A stretch of DNA of 64,000 nt from Macrostomum lignano (Eukaryota). The notes beneath the pieces were generated by a model. The model saw only the letters and a list, made by a program, of their open reading frames with translations. It had not been told where the DNA came from and ran no database searches. Positions 25,446 through 39,100 of the stretch are shown here, one piece after another. Position 1 is the first letter of the stretch. The number at the start of each line of letters is the position of its first letter. The stretch covers positions 1-64,000 of the forward strand of contig NIVC01001445.1 of the NCBI GenBank assembly GCA_002269645.1, in the 5' to 3' direction. A program made the position numbers and the translations under genes.

Positions 25446-27266
25446 TTTTGTTTGACAAAAATCATTTAATGAGCTTAAATGCTCAGAATGACAGTGGGTA
25501 ATCGGGACGCATACAAGTACCTTTCATTTCGTTTTGCGTCTCCAGTGATTATTGATGATTTTCCGCTCGTAGGCGCCGATTTTAAATTAAAAAGTTTCGT
25601 GTTTTATTATACCTAATTCGGCTAAAGTATTAGCTTGTATTTGCCTTATACTGCGGTGCTTTTATATGCTTAAATATTTTGCGGCTGTGCTCGAAGTAGT
25701 TTAATTAGCTAATTTTGCGAAATAAATATGTTCGAGTATAAAATTAAAAAAACGATACAATTATGCTCAGAGTCGATCCGGTCAGTTGATCAGAATTGAA
25801 GACATTTTCTTGCTTCAGCGTTTACAGTCTTGTAAAATCTTTTTGTAAAGAAGACAAAAACTGTTTTAGAAGCTATACTGCATTGTCAGCTAAATTCAAT
25901 GTTCACTTTGTAAGATCAGCCTGGAGTGGCATGTGTGCTTGATAGTTTGCCAAAAGTGAGATGTCCAAATAGTAGAAATGCCATACACTATAAGTAGTTG
26001 AGTAAGATTTTTTCTATATAATCGAGGTCTAAAATTTTATACAAACATTCTAAACTTACACGAGGTAAAATTTTTCTCACATGTTTATTGTTTTTTTTAA
26101 TTTAGTTAATGTACATGTGAACAAAACTGGAACTCTCATCTCATTAGTAAAGTGATATTATTTAAGTAAACGAGTTTGTGAACCTTGTGCTGTAATTTAT
26201 CATATTTTACTTGCACATACTCGGACATGCATATTAAGCCACAAATTTTATTTAAATTAAACGATATATTTTATGAATAAGTCAGTTGAACAGTTTGTTG
26301 TTTCAATTTACCCATCGTATGACGCCACTAAAAAGTGGCTTTCAAAACATACACATGTAGTCTGATTTTGAGTGTTGCGTCCTTCTACTGAAGTAGTCCT
26401 TAGTCAATATACAGCTTTGTTTAATGCCTAACTTTGTTTTATAATTAAAATCACTAACTAGTACTAGTTCTAGGAAAACTTTGAGTTTCAAAATTATATC
26501 AGGAAACGGCTGAACTGCAATGCACTGCTTAGTTCGGGCTTTAAAATGCTTTTCATTTAATGTAGCACTAGAACGTATCTTTTAAAGAAGTTGGGGATTT
26601 TTTATTTGAACCAGTTAATTCTTGAAAACGCTGAATAGCAATAATTGCGAAGAGTCTTGGTGTTTTGTTTTATCATTTGAGAAACGCGAAATGTTTTCCC
26701 ACCTTTTTGATGTGGTAATAAAAACTATTTTTTGAAGGATTCACTATTTAAGTTCTAACCGCGACGGTGCGACATGCCGCAACTCAGAGTTAGAGTTCGA
26801 TAATTCTAAATAATAAATTTTGCACTTAATCGTGGGCTGAATAAATTATTAAACAGAATTAGTAAACTCTCCGTTAACTGCTAAAATAAACTGCTATGGG
26901 AAGATAAGATATGTTTAAAATGTAAAAAATGTTGATGTTATATTATTTATTTAGTAATCACTAGCTAATGGCAATGCCCTATCATTAGATATGTAAGTAT
27001 AATACAAGCTATATCTGAAGAATTCCAATAAATTTTAGGTATCAATGTGTAATTTAGTGATAGCCATGCAAAAATATATTAAATTATACTTCAAATCAGT
27101 ATTACTATATGCAAATATTTGATGTAATTGAAATTTGTCATGTTGCATATTAATACATTAGCTATGCCTATATCCAATGTAGTTCAGTATTTTTAACTCT
27201 AGCCTAAGCTTATAATATAATTAAAAATTATTTAGCATTTTGTGTTAATATTACTAATATTATATT

Positions 27267-28721
27267 GGCAGTGACTATTCATCTGGTATCGGGTGAACAA
27301 TGGGGATATTATTCGTCCGGTACCGGGTGAATAATGTCGTTTTTATTTGTCCAGTAGCGTTTAACAAAAGGAATGATGGTTGTTGACCGAAAATTTGTAC
27401 ATGCGCAATTGAAATTAATTTGCATCACTTCTTGTTATTCATGCTTAAATCTTCTGTTCCAGCTATTAAGCATGTCGTAACAATGATCCTTCGCGATACA
27501 GGATGCTACATTTTTTGAATTGTATTACGAAGTTGCGAAGTTGCATTGTAGTGAATGGGGAGGTTGTAAATTCTGATCATTTGACTGATATAAAACATCA
27601 AACTTTGACAGACATGAACAGCACAGCAGAAGTTAGATTTGTTGAGGACCTAGCGAATGCATCAAGACGCATTTGATAAAGTAGTAAAGCTAGTATGCTG
27701 CGTGTGTCTCTATTGATATTAGTTTTTTGCCAAGCCATAAACATTCTATATTGATTGCCACTTATTAGATCAGAATATCAGAAGGCAATGAGCATGCAGG
27801 TCGAACTTTTTGAATACTAATTAAAACTAGCTACAAATATGTCCATCAACCAATTGCATGTTTTTTCATCTCATGGGTAGCTGCATGTACATTGGCTCAA
27901 GTTTCTTTGTGCTTGATGGTGAAGGTTCATCGATCTATTGAATTGTTGTCTTATGCGTGTGTATGCATAGATTGCATGGAAATTTTCAAACCCCAAATTT
28001 CACACAAAGTGCATGGTGGTTTGTGTGCAAGCGACAGTAGGCTGCAGCACAGTGCGCATTAAAAAGCACTGTGTATCTGAATTCTGAAGAGAACCTCTTG
28101 ATCTCCATTTTACGCTTTTATATGAACCATCGGCTTTCATACTATACATGTAAAGCCATCACAAATGAAACTTAAATACGATGGACGTAGCCTTTTATCT
28201 CCTGAGTGGTAAAAATATCAACCTACAATTAATCTTTGGTTACGGAAGCAAATTCACGTGCATGTACACTGTAGAGCGTCCCTATTTCATGTGTTTACAT
28301 TTTACTACTTAAATATGCACAGACATACATGTACCGTGCATTTAACGTAACTTCTGTACCCAAAGAACCAGAGAGAGAGGGAGAGAGAGAAACAGAGAGA
28401 AACAGAGAGAGATGGGGATATTTACCCCAGTACTGGACAGTATATTAATTTCTGTTTAGTTTACACAATTCAAAAAATGTAGCATCCTGTATCGCGAAGG
28501 ATCATTGTTACGACATGCTTAATAGCTGGAACAGAAGATTTAAGCATGAATAACAAGAAGTGATGCAAATTAATTTCAATTGCGCATGTACAAATTTTCG
28601 GTCAACAACCATCATTCCTTATGTTAAACGCTACTGGACAAATAAAAACGACATTATTCACCCGGTACCGGATGAATGATATCCCCATTGTTCACCCAAT
28701 ACCGGATGAATAGTCACTGCC
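27267..28721. mobile_element. Non-autonomous Mutator-like (MULE) element/MITE, 1455 bp
   Basis: ~250-bp near-perfect TIRs GGCAGTGAC...GTCACTGCC and an exact 9-bp TSD TATTATATT (27258-27266 and 28722-28730). No transposase inside. Confidence 0.85.
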
Positions 28722-28742
28722 TATTATATTATTACATTAGCT

Positions 28743-28891
28743 TATAATAAATTATTTTCTTGTGGTCGCCAATTGTAATAAAATGAATGGCCAAAGCTAA
28801 CACTTGAATTATCAATTGAGAGGTGCTGAATCAGAGTGGCAAACTCTTACAAAAAATTAATGATTCATATTTATATTAGTTAATTATTAGT
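28743..28891. repeat. 149-bp direct repeat (second copy 31161-31309)
   Basis: TATAATAAATTATTTTCTTGTGGTCGCCAATTG...ATTATTAGT present twice with few mismatches. Confidence 0.85.
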
Positions 28892-29275
28892 CATTAAAAC
28901 AAGCTTCAGTCTTCATTATAAACTGTCAAGCAAAATAAACAAGTACATATAGTAAAAAGTATAGTAAAATATAAATAGAATACAAATAATGCACAATGTG
29001 AAATAAATACAAAGTATGATTACTTTTAAAATAGATATAAATATACATCTACATTATCATCTATAAAAAAGACAATGTCCACACTGTCAATAAAAGTACA
29101 AAAAAGAGCAGAATACAAAGTAAAGAAAATAACTATATAAATCATATCATACAGTAAATTAACAGATACAAGTGAAATTATTATAGCAAATTTAATTGCT
29201 TTCCCAACTATGCAGTATGCATTCAATATGAGAATAGTAGAACACACTAACAAAAAACAATGTAATGGTCTGGTA

Positions 29276-30654
29276 GGGTCTACGACGTTTGCCTGCGGGA
29301 CGTTTGCCAGCCGACGTTTGCCTGCGGGACGTTTGCCAGCCGACATTTGCCAGCCGACGTTTGCCAGCCGACGTTTGCCAGCGGGACGTTTGCCTGCCGG
29401 ACGTTTGCCTGTGGGACATTTGCCAGCCGACATTTGCCAGCGGGACGTTTGCCAGTCGGACGTTTGCCAGCCGACATTTGCCAGCCGACATTTGCCTGCC
29501 GGACGTTTGCCAGCCGACGTTTGCCAGCCGACGTTTGCCTGCCGGAAGTTTGCCAGCCAAAATTTTCTAGCCAATATAAAGCCAGTCAGTGAAAAATTTG
29601 ATACTGAAACATTCGCAGTTTAGCGGTTTGACAAAAAACATTTTTACTCCAACTTTTTGACGGTTATTCGCATATATACAAGTTTGAAAGCAAAATCTAT
29701 AAATTATGAAATTTATGCAAAATCTATATAAACTATGCAATTTATATAGACTTACATCTAATATCCAGTTTAACAACGATTTTCTTTGAATGTGAAAATA
29801 TTGTTTACTTTTGACAATTGTGTATCGTTTTTCCCAGTTTGAGTGTTGAGATGTTTGGAATTTTTTATGATGTGCGAAAGAAGATCCAAAAGCGCCAGAT
29901 TACAACAGGAATCTCCAGCGAGTTACAGTTATGAGGACAAACAAGCTAGTAGAATAGCAAGCGCTAGACACTTATGCAAAGCTCATGCCATGCCAAGGAC
30001 TACTAAAGTAGAAGTACGCAGCACTCGAAATCTATGAAAAATGTTTTGAAGGCCATAGGGAGATAGGAAGTTTTCATCTTTTCATCACAACAATTGTTAT
30101 TGCTTTCATACGAGGCAAACCCAATGTTCATCTTTTGATATGTTGTGCCAAAATCGTTGTTAAACTAGATATTAGACGTTAGACTGATGAACTGCATAAT
30201 TTATATATTTTGCTTTCAAACTTGTATACATGCGAATAACCGTCAAAAAGTTGGAGTAAAAACGGTTTTTGTCAAACCGCTAAACTGCGAATGTTTCAGT
30301 ATCAAATTTTTCACTGACTGGCTTTATATTGGCTAGCAAATTTTGGCTGGCAAACTTCCGGCAGGCAAACGTCGGCTGGCAAACGTCGGCTGGCAAACAT
30401 CCGGCAGGCAAACTTCGGCTGGCAAATGTCCCGCTGGCAAACGTCGGCTGGCAAACGTCGGCTGGCAAATGTCGGCTGGCAAACGTCCCGCAGGCAAACG
30501 TCGGCTGGCAAACGTCCGGCAGGCAAACTTCGGCTGGCAAACGTCCCACTGGCAAACATCGGCTGGCAAACGTCGGCTGGCAAATGTCGGCTGGCAAACG
30601 TCCCGCAGGCAAACGTCGGCTGGCAAACGTCCCGCAGGCAAACGTCGCTATCCC
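29276..30654. mobile_element. Foldback-type Mutator-like element, 1379 bp, with minisatellite-built TIRs
   Basis: ~500-bp inverted arms starting GGG and ending CCC, with outer parts made of (CGACGTTTGCCAGC)n. Exact 9-bp TSD GGTCTGGTA (29267-29275 and 30655-30663). Confidence 0.85.
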
Positions 30655-31363
30655 GGTCTGGTACCTTATAAGAAGCAAGTTAAACAGACAATAAGTAGAC
30701 CAGAACCTAACAGGGATAACAGAGCCCTTGGTTCTCCCCACTACAACTAGTACAAAGCACAAATAGTAAGGATCAAGTAAAAATACTTTAAAAAAAGAAA
30801 TTACTTGTACACACTTTTGTGATGCACTGCCATTGGGTAACACTTCACGACACAAAACAAACAGTTACATTAAAAAAGAATTATTATTTGAAAAGTAAGT
30901 ACATTATGGCAATTGCCAAAATACAGTATAAAGTACATATGATATTAAAGAATATAAGTACTAAATGGAATTGCTGTACAGTACAATTAAAACAATATAG
31001 ATTCAATATCTTTGGACACCTGCACTCGTGGAGTCATGGCATCTCTGCCATCATTGGCTGGCTTTTTTGGCGTTGGCTCACTTTGATTTGCTGGCTGCTA
31101 GAGGTCAGAAGGATCCAGCAGAGTCCCCTTGCAGAATTTGGGTCCTGGTGTGGTCGCCAATATAATAAATTATTTTCTTGTGGTCGCCAATTGTAATAAA
31201 ATGAATGGCCAAAGCTAACACTTGAATTATCAATTGAGAGGTGCTGAATCAGAGCGGCCAACTCTTACAAAAAATTGATGATTCATATTTATATTAGTTA
31301 ATTATTAGTTTTATTTTATTATTTTAGTTATTTTATTAATTATACTTATTCTAAAGCATACAT

Positions 31364-31517
31364 GCACAACCTAGGGATTCACCTGGCCATTTCTATTGGC
31401 AACACACATGTAAGTCGCTATTGGCTGAGAGCAGTCACGTGACTACTATTCTGTCCAATAGCAACTTACTTGTGTGTGTTGCCAATAGAAATGGCCAGGT
31501 GAATCCCTAGGTTGCGC
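31364..31517. mobile_element. ~150-bp hairpin MITE with a CCAAT/E-box core
   Basis: CAACCTAGGGATTCACCTGGCCATTTCTATTGGCAACACACA is perfectly inverted at the other end. The core is ATTGG-N9-GTCACGTGAC-N11-CCAAT. Confidence 0.75.
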
Positions 31518-33061
31518 CCAAGCATATTCTAAAGCATAGGCCTATTTTATTTCTACGACCAAAAATGGTTAAATGTCTACCTAGTAGACTAACATTAATA
31601 GCCCTATCAAATAAGGTAGTGCTAGTCTATACTATAACTATTAAATTAAATTACTAAACTGCTTTTCTAGTTTATAGTTATATTTATAATTATAATTAGA
31701 CAGACTAACAAATGTTTTTCATGTTATAATTAATATGTATATGTCTTTACATTTCTAAGAATAATAAAATCTACTTAAAATTGTTAGTTAAGCTAAATTC
31801 AAATGAAAAAAATTATCAATGAAATTACAATAGTGCCATGGGTATTATATAGGTTATAAACTTAAAATTTAGATGACTAATGTAGTGCTCACATGAGCCC
31901 AATTTATATGTACATCGGCCTTGCGTACAATTCATGCACTTCAAGTGCAGCAATTCTTTACCCCCCCCACTCTGGTGTGATTTTATTCCATAGTCTAAAA
32001 ATAAATAAATATCGATCAGCCCACCTAGCAGGGCTCCACCTTTCACCTCAGCAAACTCTGGCCTTTCTTACTATAGCCATTACAACTAATTTGCTAGCTT
32101 TTATTAAATTATTCTTAGACCTTAGATATAGTAACAAATGGTAAAATTCAAATAGATTATTAGACAGCTAATACAAATATATTTTATTGTAAATATATAT
32201 TATATTATAATGTTTAATAGTTTTATTTTTTCATTAATTTTTAGGAACCAATATAAATAACAAACAAATATATTTTCTATCTATAGCTTAGAGACAAAAT
32301 CTAGGTAAGTCAAGATGCTATAGCATCCCTATCACAGAAAATATAAATCTAGGACAAAGTCCTTTAATACTACATTTTCTTCCTTTGTCAATATAACAGA
32401 TATAAGAAAACTAGGAGAAACAATGATATTTAGTAAAAAATTGCCATATCTATAGGCAGTGAGAGCTTTCAACACTGAGGGCATGTGCTCCCCTCCCCCC
32501 CTCCCCCCTAGAAAATGAGTCTATGTGGCATATAATACATTGAGCCCCTGAATTTTTTAGTTTCTGATATATCTTAATGCTTAGTAATAGTTAATATCCA
32601 TAATATGCCTTCAAATTAAACTGACTTAAAAACTGACTGAAAAAATTTAAGTCAGTTGACTAGAAAGAAGTCATAAATCAAAAAAGCTATTATAACTATA
32701 TAAATTTTGTTCAATGTCAAAGGTAAAAAAATATATAAAAAGTCTTACAAACAATTTTACCAAAAAAAGGAAATAAAATATTAAAACATATTTATGCTTA
32801 CAAAGTGCTTTCAAAAATTCTAAATCTATATTACTGTATTTTAGTCAATGACATCTGTATACTTTGTATCCCTTTGACTAGTTTTTTATTTTTGCTTTGT
32901 ACTTCACAGGTAAGACACCAATGCTATTCAATCAACCTGGTATTGTAAATTTGGCTATTAAATTTTCTGTTGTGCAGGGCTGTAAGATATTTTTATTAAA
33001 ATAATTGATTCATAGCTTGCTCAACATAGGATAATGACACCTGCACACGCCTACTCATGCT

Positions 33062-33101
33062 ATTGGCTACAAGCAGTCACGTGACTACTCTTTCATCCAA
33101 T
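33062..33101 (+). promoter_or_regulatory. Candidate ERC promoter module: inverted CCAAT, palindromic E-box GTCACGTGAC, CCAAT
   Basis: ATTGG-N9-GTCACGTGAC-N11-CCAAT about 210 bp upstream of the likely ATG, with spacing identical to the MITE core at 31420-31459. Confidence 0.4.
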
Positions 33102-33311
33102 AGAGACGCACCTCAGTGCTTTTTACTAGAAAAGTTTGTCACAATGCTCGGGATAAACAAGTCAGCTCAATCTGCTCATTCTTTGGCCAAACCCTTCAGC
33201 TGTCCCTCCAGTCAGTCGTTGAAGCTGCCGCTGAATTCCTTCAACTACTGCCAGCCAGAAGTGAGTCTCAGCAGCAACCGTCTCAGCCAGTCTCAGCAGC
33301 ATGTCGCCGCA

Positions 33312-33688
33312 ATGAGCCGCAGTCCCGTGCCACTCATGGACGCCCCAGCAGCGAACATGGCGGCAGGCGACTTCTACAGCGGAAGCTCCGCCATGCCGCC
33401 CAACCCAACCGTGTCGACCCTGCCCCGGTACGTGCCGGCCAGGAACCCCTACATGAACCGCGCCTCCTCCGGCCTTGTCCGCGAGCGCAGTCTGGAGAAT
33501 GTCAACAGCGGCCACCAGCAGCCGGTGACGTTCCAGCAGCTCGACCCGGTCGCCTCCACTCCGCTGGGCGGCCTGCCGATGCCCGGCATGGACCGGCCGC
33601 GACCGGCCTCGGCCAGGATGTTCGACTATCCCGGCCTGGTGGACGCCGGCGGGGCGGCCTCGCTCCGGAGGGAGCACCCGTTCTATAG
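33312..33688 (+). CDS. ERC: ERC exon 1 ([10 protein letters not shown]...REHPFY)
   Basis: GC-rich ORF with donor AG|GTGAGA (phase 2). A possible upstream cis or trans acceptor is at 33211. Confidence 0.75.
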
Positions 33689-35410
33689 GTGAGAGTCCTC
33701 TGTGAGCACCCGTTCTAGATAGGTGAGAGTCCTCTGTGAGCACCCGTTCTATAGGTGAGAGTCCTCTGTGAGCACCCGTTCTATAGGTGAGAGTCCTCTG
33801 TGAGCACCCGTTCTATAGGTGAGAGTCCTCTGTGAGCACCCGTTCTATAGGTGAGAGTCCACTGTGAGCACCCGTTCTATAGGTGAGAGTCTACTAGGGT
33901 TCTGTATGTGAACTCTCTAATCCTACGGGTTAGAGTCTGCTGTGTTTGTGATGTAACTCGTTCCATTACTGGATAAAAATCGGTTTTGAGCATTGGTGGC
34001 TGTGCTTACAGCTTAAGCCAGCTTCTCATATCTTATATCATACCTAAACATGTAGACTCCCAGCTTTTATCGCCACTCGTCTCCCAGCCTCTCTCCGTCA
34101 TCTCTCGTCCGCGAAAATCAGAGTACTCGACTTTGCCGCCATCCCCCCATCGTGGCGGTCGCCCCGCCCCGCCAGCCAATGCTGATTGCCCGCCAAGCCA
34201 GCCAACCAGTCTGCGAAATCCCCCGCTGCATCTCCCGCTGTCCCCTCTGCCCCCCCTGTCCCCCCTCTGCCCCCGCCGGTGTTGGTGACTGTCCGGCGGC
34301 CACTCCACGTGAAGTGATTTGAGCCGGGGGGGGGGGGTCCTCCGCCCCCTCTCTGCCATCCGCACTCACCTTCAGCGCGCCGATAAAATGCCGTGCAATC
34401 CGGCTGGCTTCTGGCCAAGTACGTGGGGTGCAAGAATCTCGAGTCTCCGGGAAATAAAGCCGTTTAAAGAGAGCTTTTTGCTCGCTGGGCGCCTTGCCCG
34501 CACCCCCCCCCTCGCGGCGACTGAAGATCTTGACAGGGTGAGTGACTGTTGCCGTCTTGCTGCCACCAATGTACTTTTGGGACTCGAGAGCCGGTATTCG
34601 CTTTAAATAGATAAAAATCTGCAAGCTGCACTTCTTTGAGTCCTGACTTCCAATTTCGGAGTTTTTGGGCTGCCACCAGTCTCCCAGATCCTCAGTTGCT
34701 GGGCGACCCCAACCTCCCAGATCCTCAGTTGCTGGGCGACCCCAACCTCCCAGATCCTCAGTTGATGGGCCGCCCCAGCCTCCCAGATCCTCAGTTGCTG
34801 GGCTACCAACGCCAGCCTCCCAGATCCCCAGTTGCTGGGCTACCAACGCCAGCCTCCCAGATTCCTTGGTTTTCTCAGATCCTCATTTTTCGAAAATTAA
34901 AATCTCTTTAAGAGACAAATGTCTGTGGTTCTGGATAAACTCATTGCTGGCTTGTCAAATATCTGTTTATAGATTTCAGTGCAATTACATGCTGTGCGCT
35001 ATTTTCCATTGGGTTTGTGTGTTGTTGTGTCCCAGCAGGCCTGCTGGCACCCTGCAGCTTTTATTTGATTATTATAATAGCCAGCTTGACTGCCCCCCCT
35101 GCCTCCCTGCCGCTAATTGATTTATGAGCTCAGGGCGTCGATGTTGGTCTGTAGGTGGTTGGGCAGGGCGAGGGCGGTTGCGGGCAGTTTCAATCCTCCG
35201 CCTCTGCTGTGCACTTTTAGTTTCGAGGCCAGCTTCCTGTGGAGCTCAGGAAGCTGACAGAGAGCTGAAGCACGATGGCTGTTGTGGGGCCGGGTTTTGG
35301 CAAAACTGATTGATGATTCGGATGAGAGGTTTGGGTGTTCTCTGCTCGCACACTGCTCACGACAATGCGGGTGCTCAGGATGTCTGTCTGTCTGTCCGTC
35401 TGTCTGTTTT

Positions 35411-35447
<37 letters not shown>

Positions 35448-35707
35448 GTCTGTCTGTCTGTCTGTCTGTCTCTGTCCGTCTGTCTGTCTGTCTGTTTGTC
35501 TGTCTCTCTGTTTGTCTGTCTTCCTGTCTGTCTGTCTCTGTCCGTCTGTCTGTCTCTGTCCGTCTTTCTGTCTCTGTCCGTCTGTCTGTCTCTGTCCGTC
35601 TTTCTGTCTCTGTCCGTCTGTCCGTCTGTCTGTTTTTCTGTCTCTGTCTATCTGTCTGTCTGTATGTCTGTCTATCTGTCTGTCTGTCTGTCTCTGTCCG
35701 TCTGTCC

Positions 35708-35739
<32 letters not shown>

Positions 35740-35910
35740 CTCTGTCTGTCTGTCTTCCTGTCTGTCTGTCTCTGTCCGTCTGACTGTCTCTGTCCGTCTG
35801 TCTGTCTCTGTCCGTCTGTCTGTCTCTGTCCGTCTGTCTGTCTCTGTCCGTCTGTCTGTCTCTGTCCGTCTGTCTGTCTCTGTCCGTCTGTCTGTCTGTC
35901 TGTTTGTTTT

Positions 35911-35951
<41 letters not shown>

Positions 35952-35954
35952 TTT

Positions 35955-35997
<43 letters not shown>

Positions 35998-36124
35998 GGT
36001 GTGTCTGTCTGTCTGTCTTTCTGTCTGGCTGTCTGTCTGGTGTGTCTGTCTGTCTGTCTTCCTGTCTGTCTGTCTCTGTCCGTCTGACTGTCTCTGTCCG
36101 TCTGTTTGTCTCTGTCCGTCTGTC

Positions 36125-36194
<70 letters not shown>

Positions 36195-39100
36195 AGATCA
36201 GTGCCAAAATTGCAATTAACATGAAAGCCCACCAAATACCCGCAGCCCCAGAACGGCCTCCCTAGAGAGGTCGGCAGCGGCGGCTCTGCACCCCCTGCTG
36301 CCAGGCCAGCCGGCCTACGCGGCCGCCAATCCTCACCCGATGACCGGGCCGGGCATGCGGCACCAGCGCTCGCTCAGCTACGAGCTCGGCGGCGACCCGC
36401 CCGCCCTGCACCCGCTGGCTGTGGACCCGTTTTCCTCCCTGCCGCCGCAGCAGCCGCCGCCTCCGCCCAAGGCATTCTGGGCGCCGCCGCCGGAGATGTC
36501 CATGGCTGGCGGCGGGCCGACCAACCCCATGGCGGCGGCTGGCAAGCGATTCCCGCCTGTCGGCGCGGCCGGCCTGCCCTACCAGCCGCCTGGCAAAATC
36601 TCCGAGCAGCTGCACAACCTGCATATGGAGAAGCAGGTGCGCGAAGGATCGCCAAATCTCATAGAAAATCTCAAAATCTCATAGAGAATGGCCAAATCTT
36701 ACAGAGAATCGTCAAATCTCATAGAGAATGGCCAAATCTTACAGAGAATCGTCAAATCTCATCGAGAGTCGCCAAATGTCACAGAGAATTTCCAAATCTC
36801 ATAGAGAATCGCCAAATCTCGTAGGGAATCGCCAATTCTCATAGAGAATCGCTAAATCTCATAGAGAATAGCTAAATCTCATAGAGAATAGCTAAATCTC
36901 ATACATAGAGAATCGCCAAATCTCATAGATAATCGCCAAATCTTGTAGGGAGTCGCCAATTCTCATAGAGAATCGCTAAATTTCATAGAGAATCGCCAAA
37001 TCTCATACATCTAGATAATCGCCAAATCTCACAGGGGTTTGAAAAATCTCATAGAGAATCGCCAAATCTCGTAGGGAATCGCCAATTCTCATAGAGAATC
37101 GCCAAATCTCATAGAGAATAGCTAAATCTCATAGAGAATCGCCAATTCTCATAGAAAATCGCCAAATCTCATAGAGAATCGCCAAATCTCTTAGAGAATC
37201 GCCAAATCTCATAGAGAATAGCTAAATCTCATAGAGAATCGCCAAATCTCGTAGATAATCACCAAATCTCACAGGGGTTTGCAAAATCTCATAGAGAAGC
37301 GCCAAATCTCATAGAGAATCGCCAAATCTCTTAGATAATCGCCAAATCTCATAGAGTATAGCTAAATCTCATAGAAAATCGCCAAATCTCGTAGATAATC
37401 GCCAAATCTCACAGGGGTTTGCAAAATCTCATAGTGAATCGCCAAATCTCACAGAGAATCGCCCTCCTCGCTCCGGCAGGATCTGGAGAAAGCCATCCGC
37501 GAGATCGGCCTGATGAAGCGAGACTACGAGTCCCTTCGCGGGGAGTCGCGCCACCTGCAGACGCTGCAGAACGTGTTAGAGAGCAAGGACCAGCGCATTT
37601 TCACCCTGGAGAGTGAGATCAATCTGCTCGAGAACGAGCTCGCTAGGCTGCGCGAAGAGGGCCTCAAGACTCCCACGAGTTCGTCTAGCGGCTTTGAAGA
37701 AGACGCCAACAGACTCATTCAGCAGTTGCGTAGCAACGAGCGGGTTCTTAAAGGTGATTTTGCTCAGTGACCCCCCACCTCATTGACCTCTCTTCTCATC
37801 CGTGACCGTTTGTCAGAACGATTTTTATTATTGACCACTCTTACCAATGACCCCTACTAAATGATCACTGCTCTATGACCACTGCTCTATGACCACTGCT
37901 CTATGACCACTGCTCTATGACCACTGCTCTATGACCACTACTCAATGACCCCTACTCAATGACCCCTACTCAATGACCACTACTCAATGACCCCTACTCA
38001 ATGAACACTGCTCTATGACACTTTTTCAATGACCACTGCTCTATGACCCCTACTCAATGACCAACTGCTCTATGACCCCTACTCAATGACCACTACCCTA
38101 TAACCCCTACTCAATGACCACTACTCAATGACCACTACTCAATGACCCCTACTCAATGAACACTGCTCTATGACACTTTCAATGACCACTGCTCTATGAC
38201 CCCTACTCAATGACCACTGCTCTATGACCCCTACTCAATGACCACTGCTCTATGACCCCTGCTCAATGACCACTGCTCTATGACCCCTACTCAATGACCA
38301 CTGCTCTATGACCCCTACTCAATGACCACTGCCCTATGACCCCTACTCAATGACCACTGCCCTATTACCCCTACTCAATGATCTCATTTCAATGACCTAT
38401 ACCTATGTATATCTATATGCATAAAGTCTATCTGATATATCTATTATGTATACAGTGTACATGACCAGCTGTCTGTCCCCCCCGCAGGCAAGGTGGAGTA
38501 CCTCACTCAGGAACTGGCACGCCGGGACTCGGAGTGCGCCGCCACCCAATCCAGGCTGGAGATGAGCGACAAACAGCAGAGTGACAGCTCGCATCACATC
38601 AACGTGCTCAAAGAGCAGCTCAAGGCCAGGGATCACAAGATTCAGATGCTGGGTGAGAGCCACTGGCTTCGGCATCTTTGATTTCTTTACCTGATTTCCT
38701 TAGCCTTCGTCTTTCCCCGCTTGTTGTCTCGCAGTGCTTTTTTCCCATCCATCCTGCCTGCACCCTTCCCCATTTCTTGTTTCCTGATGCCTTGCGACTC
38801 CCTTTGTCTTACATTTCCCGCCTCGATCCTCCACCGCTTTCCTGTCGCTTTAACCCCATGCCTCTCACCCTGTCTCCCTCTCACCCTGTCTCCCTCTCAC
38901 CCTGTCTCCCTCTCACCCCGTCTCCCTCTCACCCTGTCTCCCTCTCACCCTGTATCCATCTCACCCTGTCTCCCTCTCACCCTGTATCCATCTCACCCTG
39001 CCTCCATCTCACCCTGCCTCCCTCTCACCCTGTCTCTTTCCCTTGTCTCTCTCACCCTGCCTCTCGCGCCTGTCTCCCTCTCCTCTATTTGCTCCATCCC

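Noticed and set aside
29026-30855. Multiple ANVGWQTS/ADVCQPTF ORFs
   Set aside because: They derive from the minisatellite arms of the foldback element.
35282-36265. 327-aa and 250-aa CLSV-rich ORFs
   Set aside because: They are (TCTG)n microsatellite translations. The same applies to the ORFs at 39.6-40.3, 43.6-43.9, 44.5-44.9, 45.2-46.2, 46.8-47.6, 48.4-49.1 and 59.3-61.2 kb, which come from other tandem repeats.
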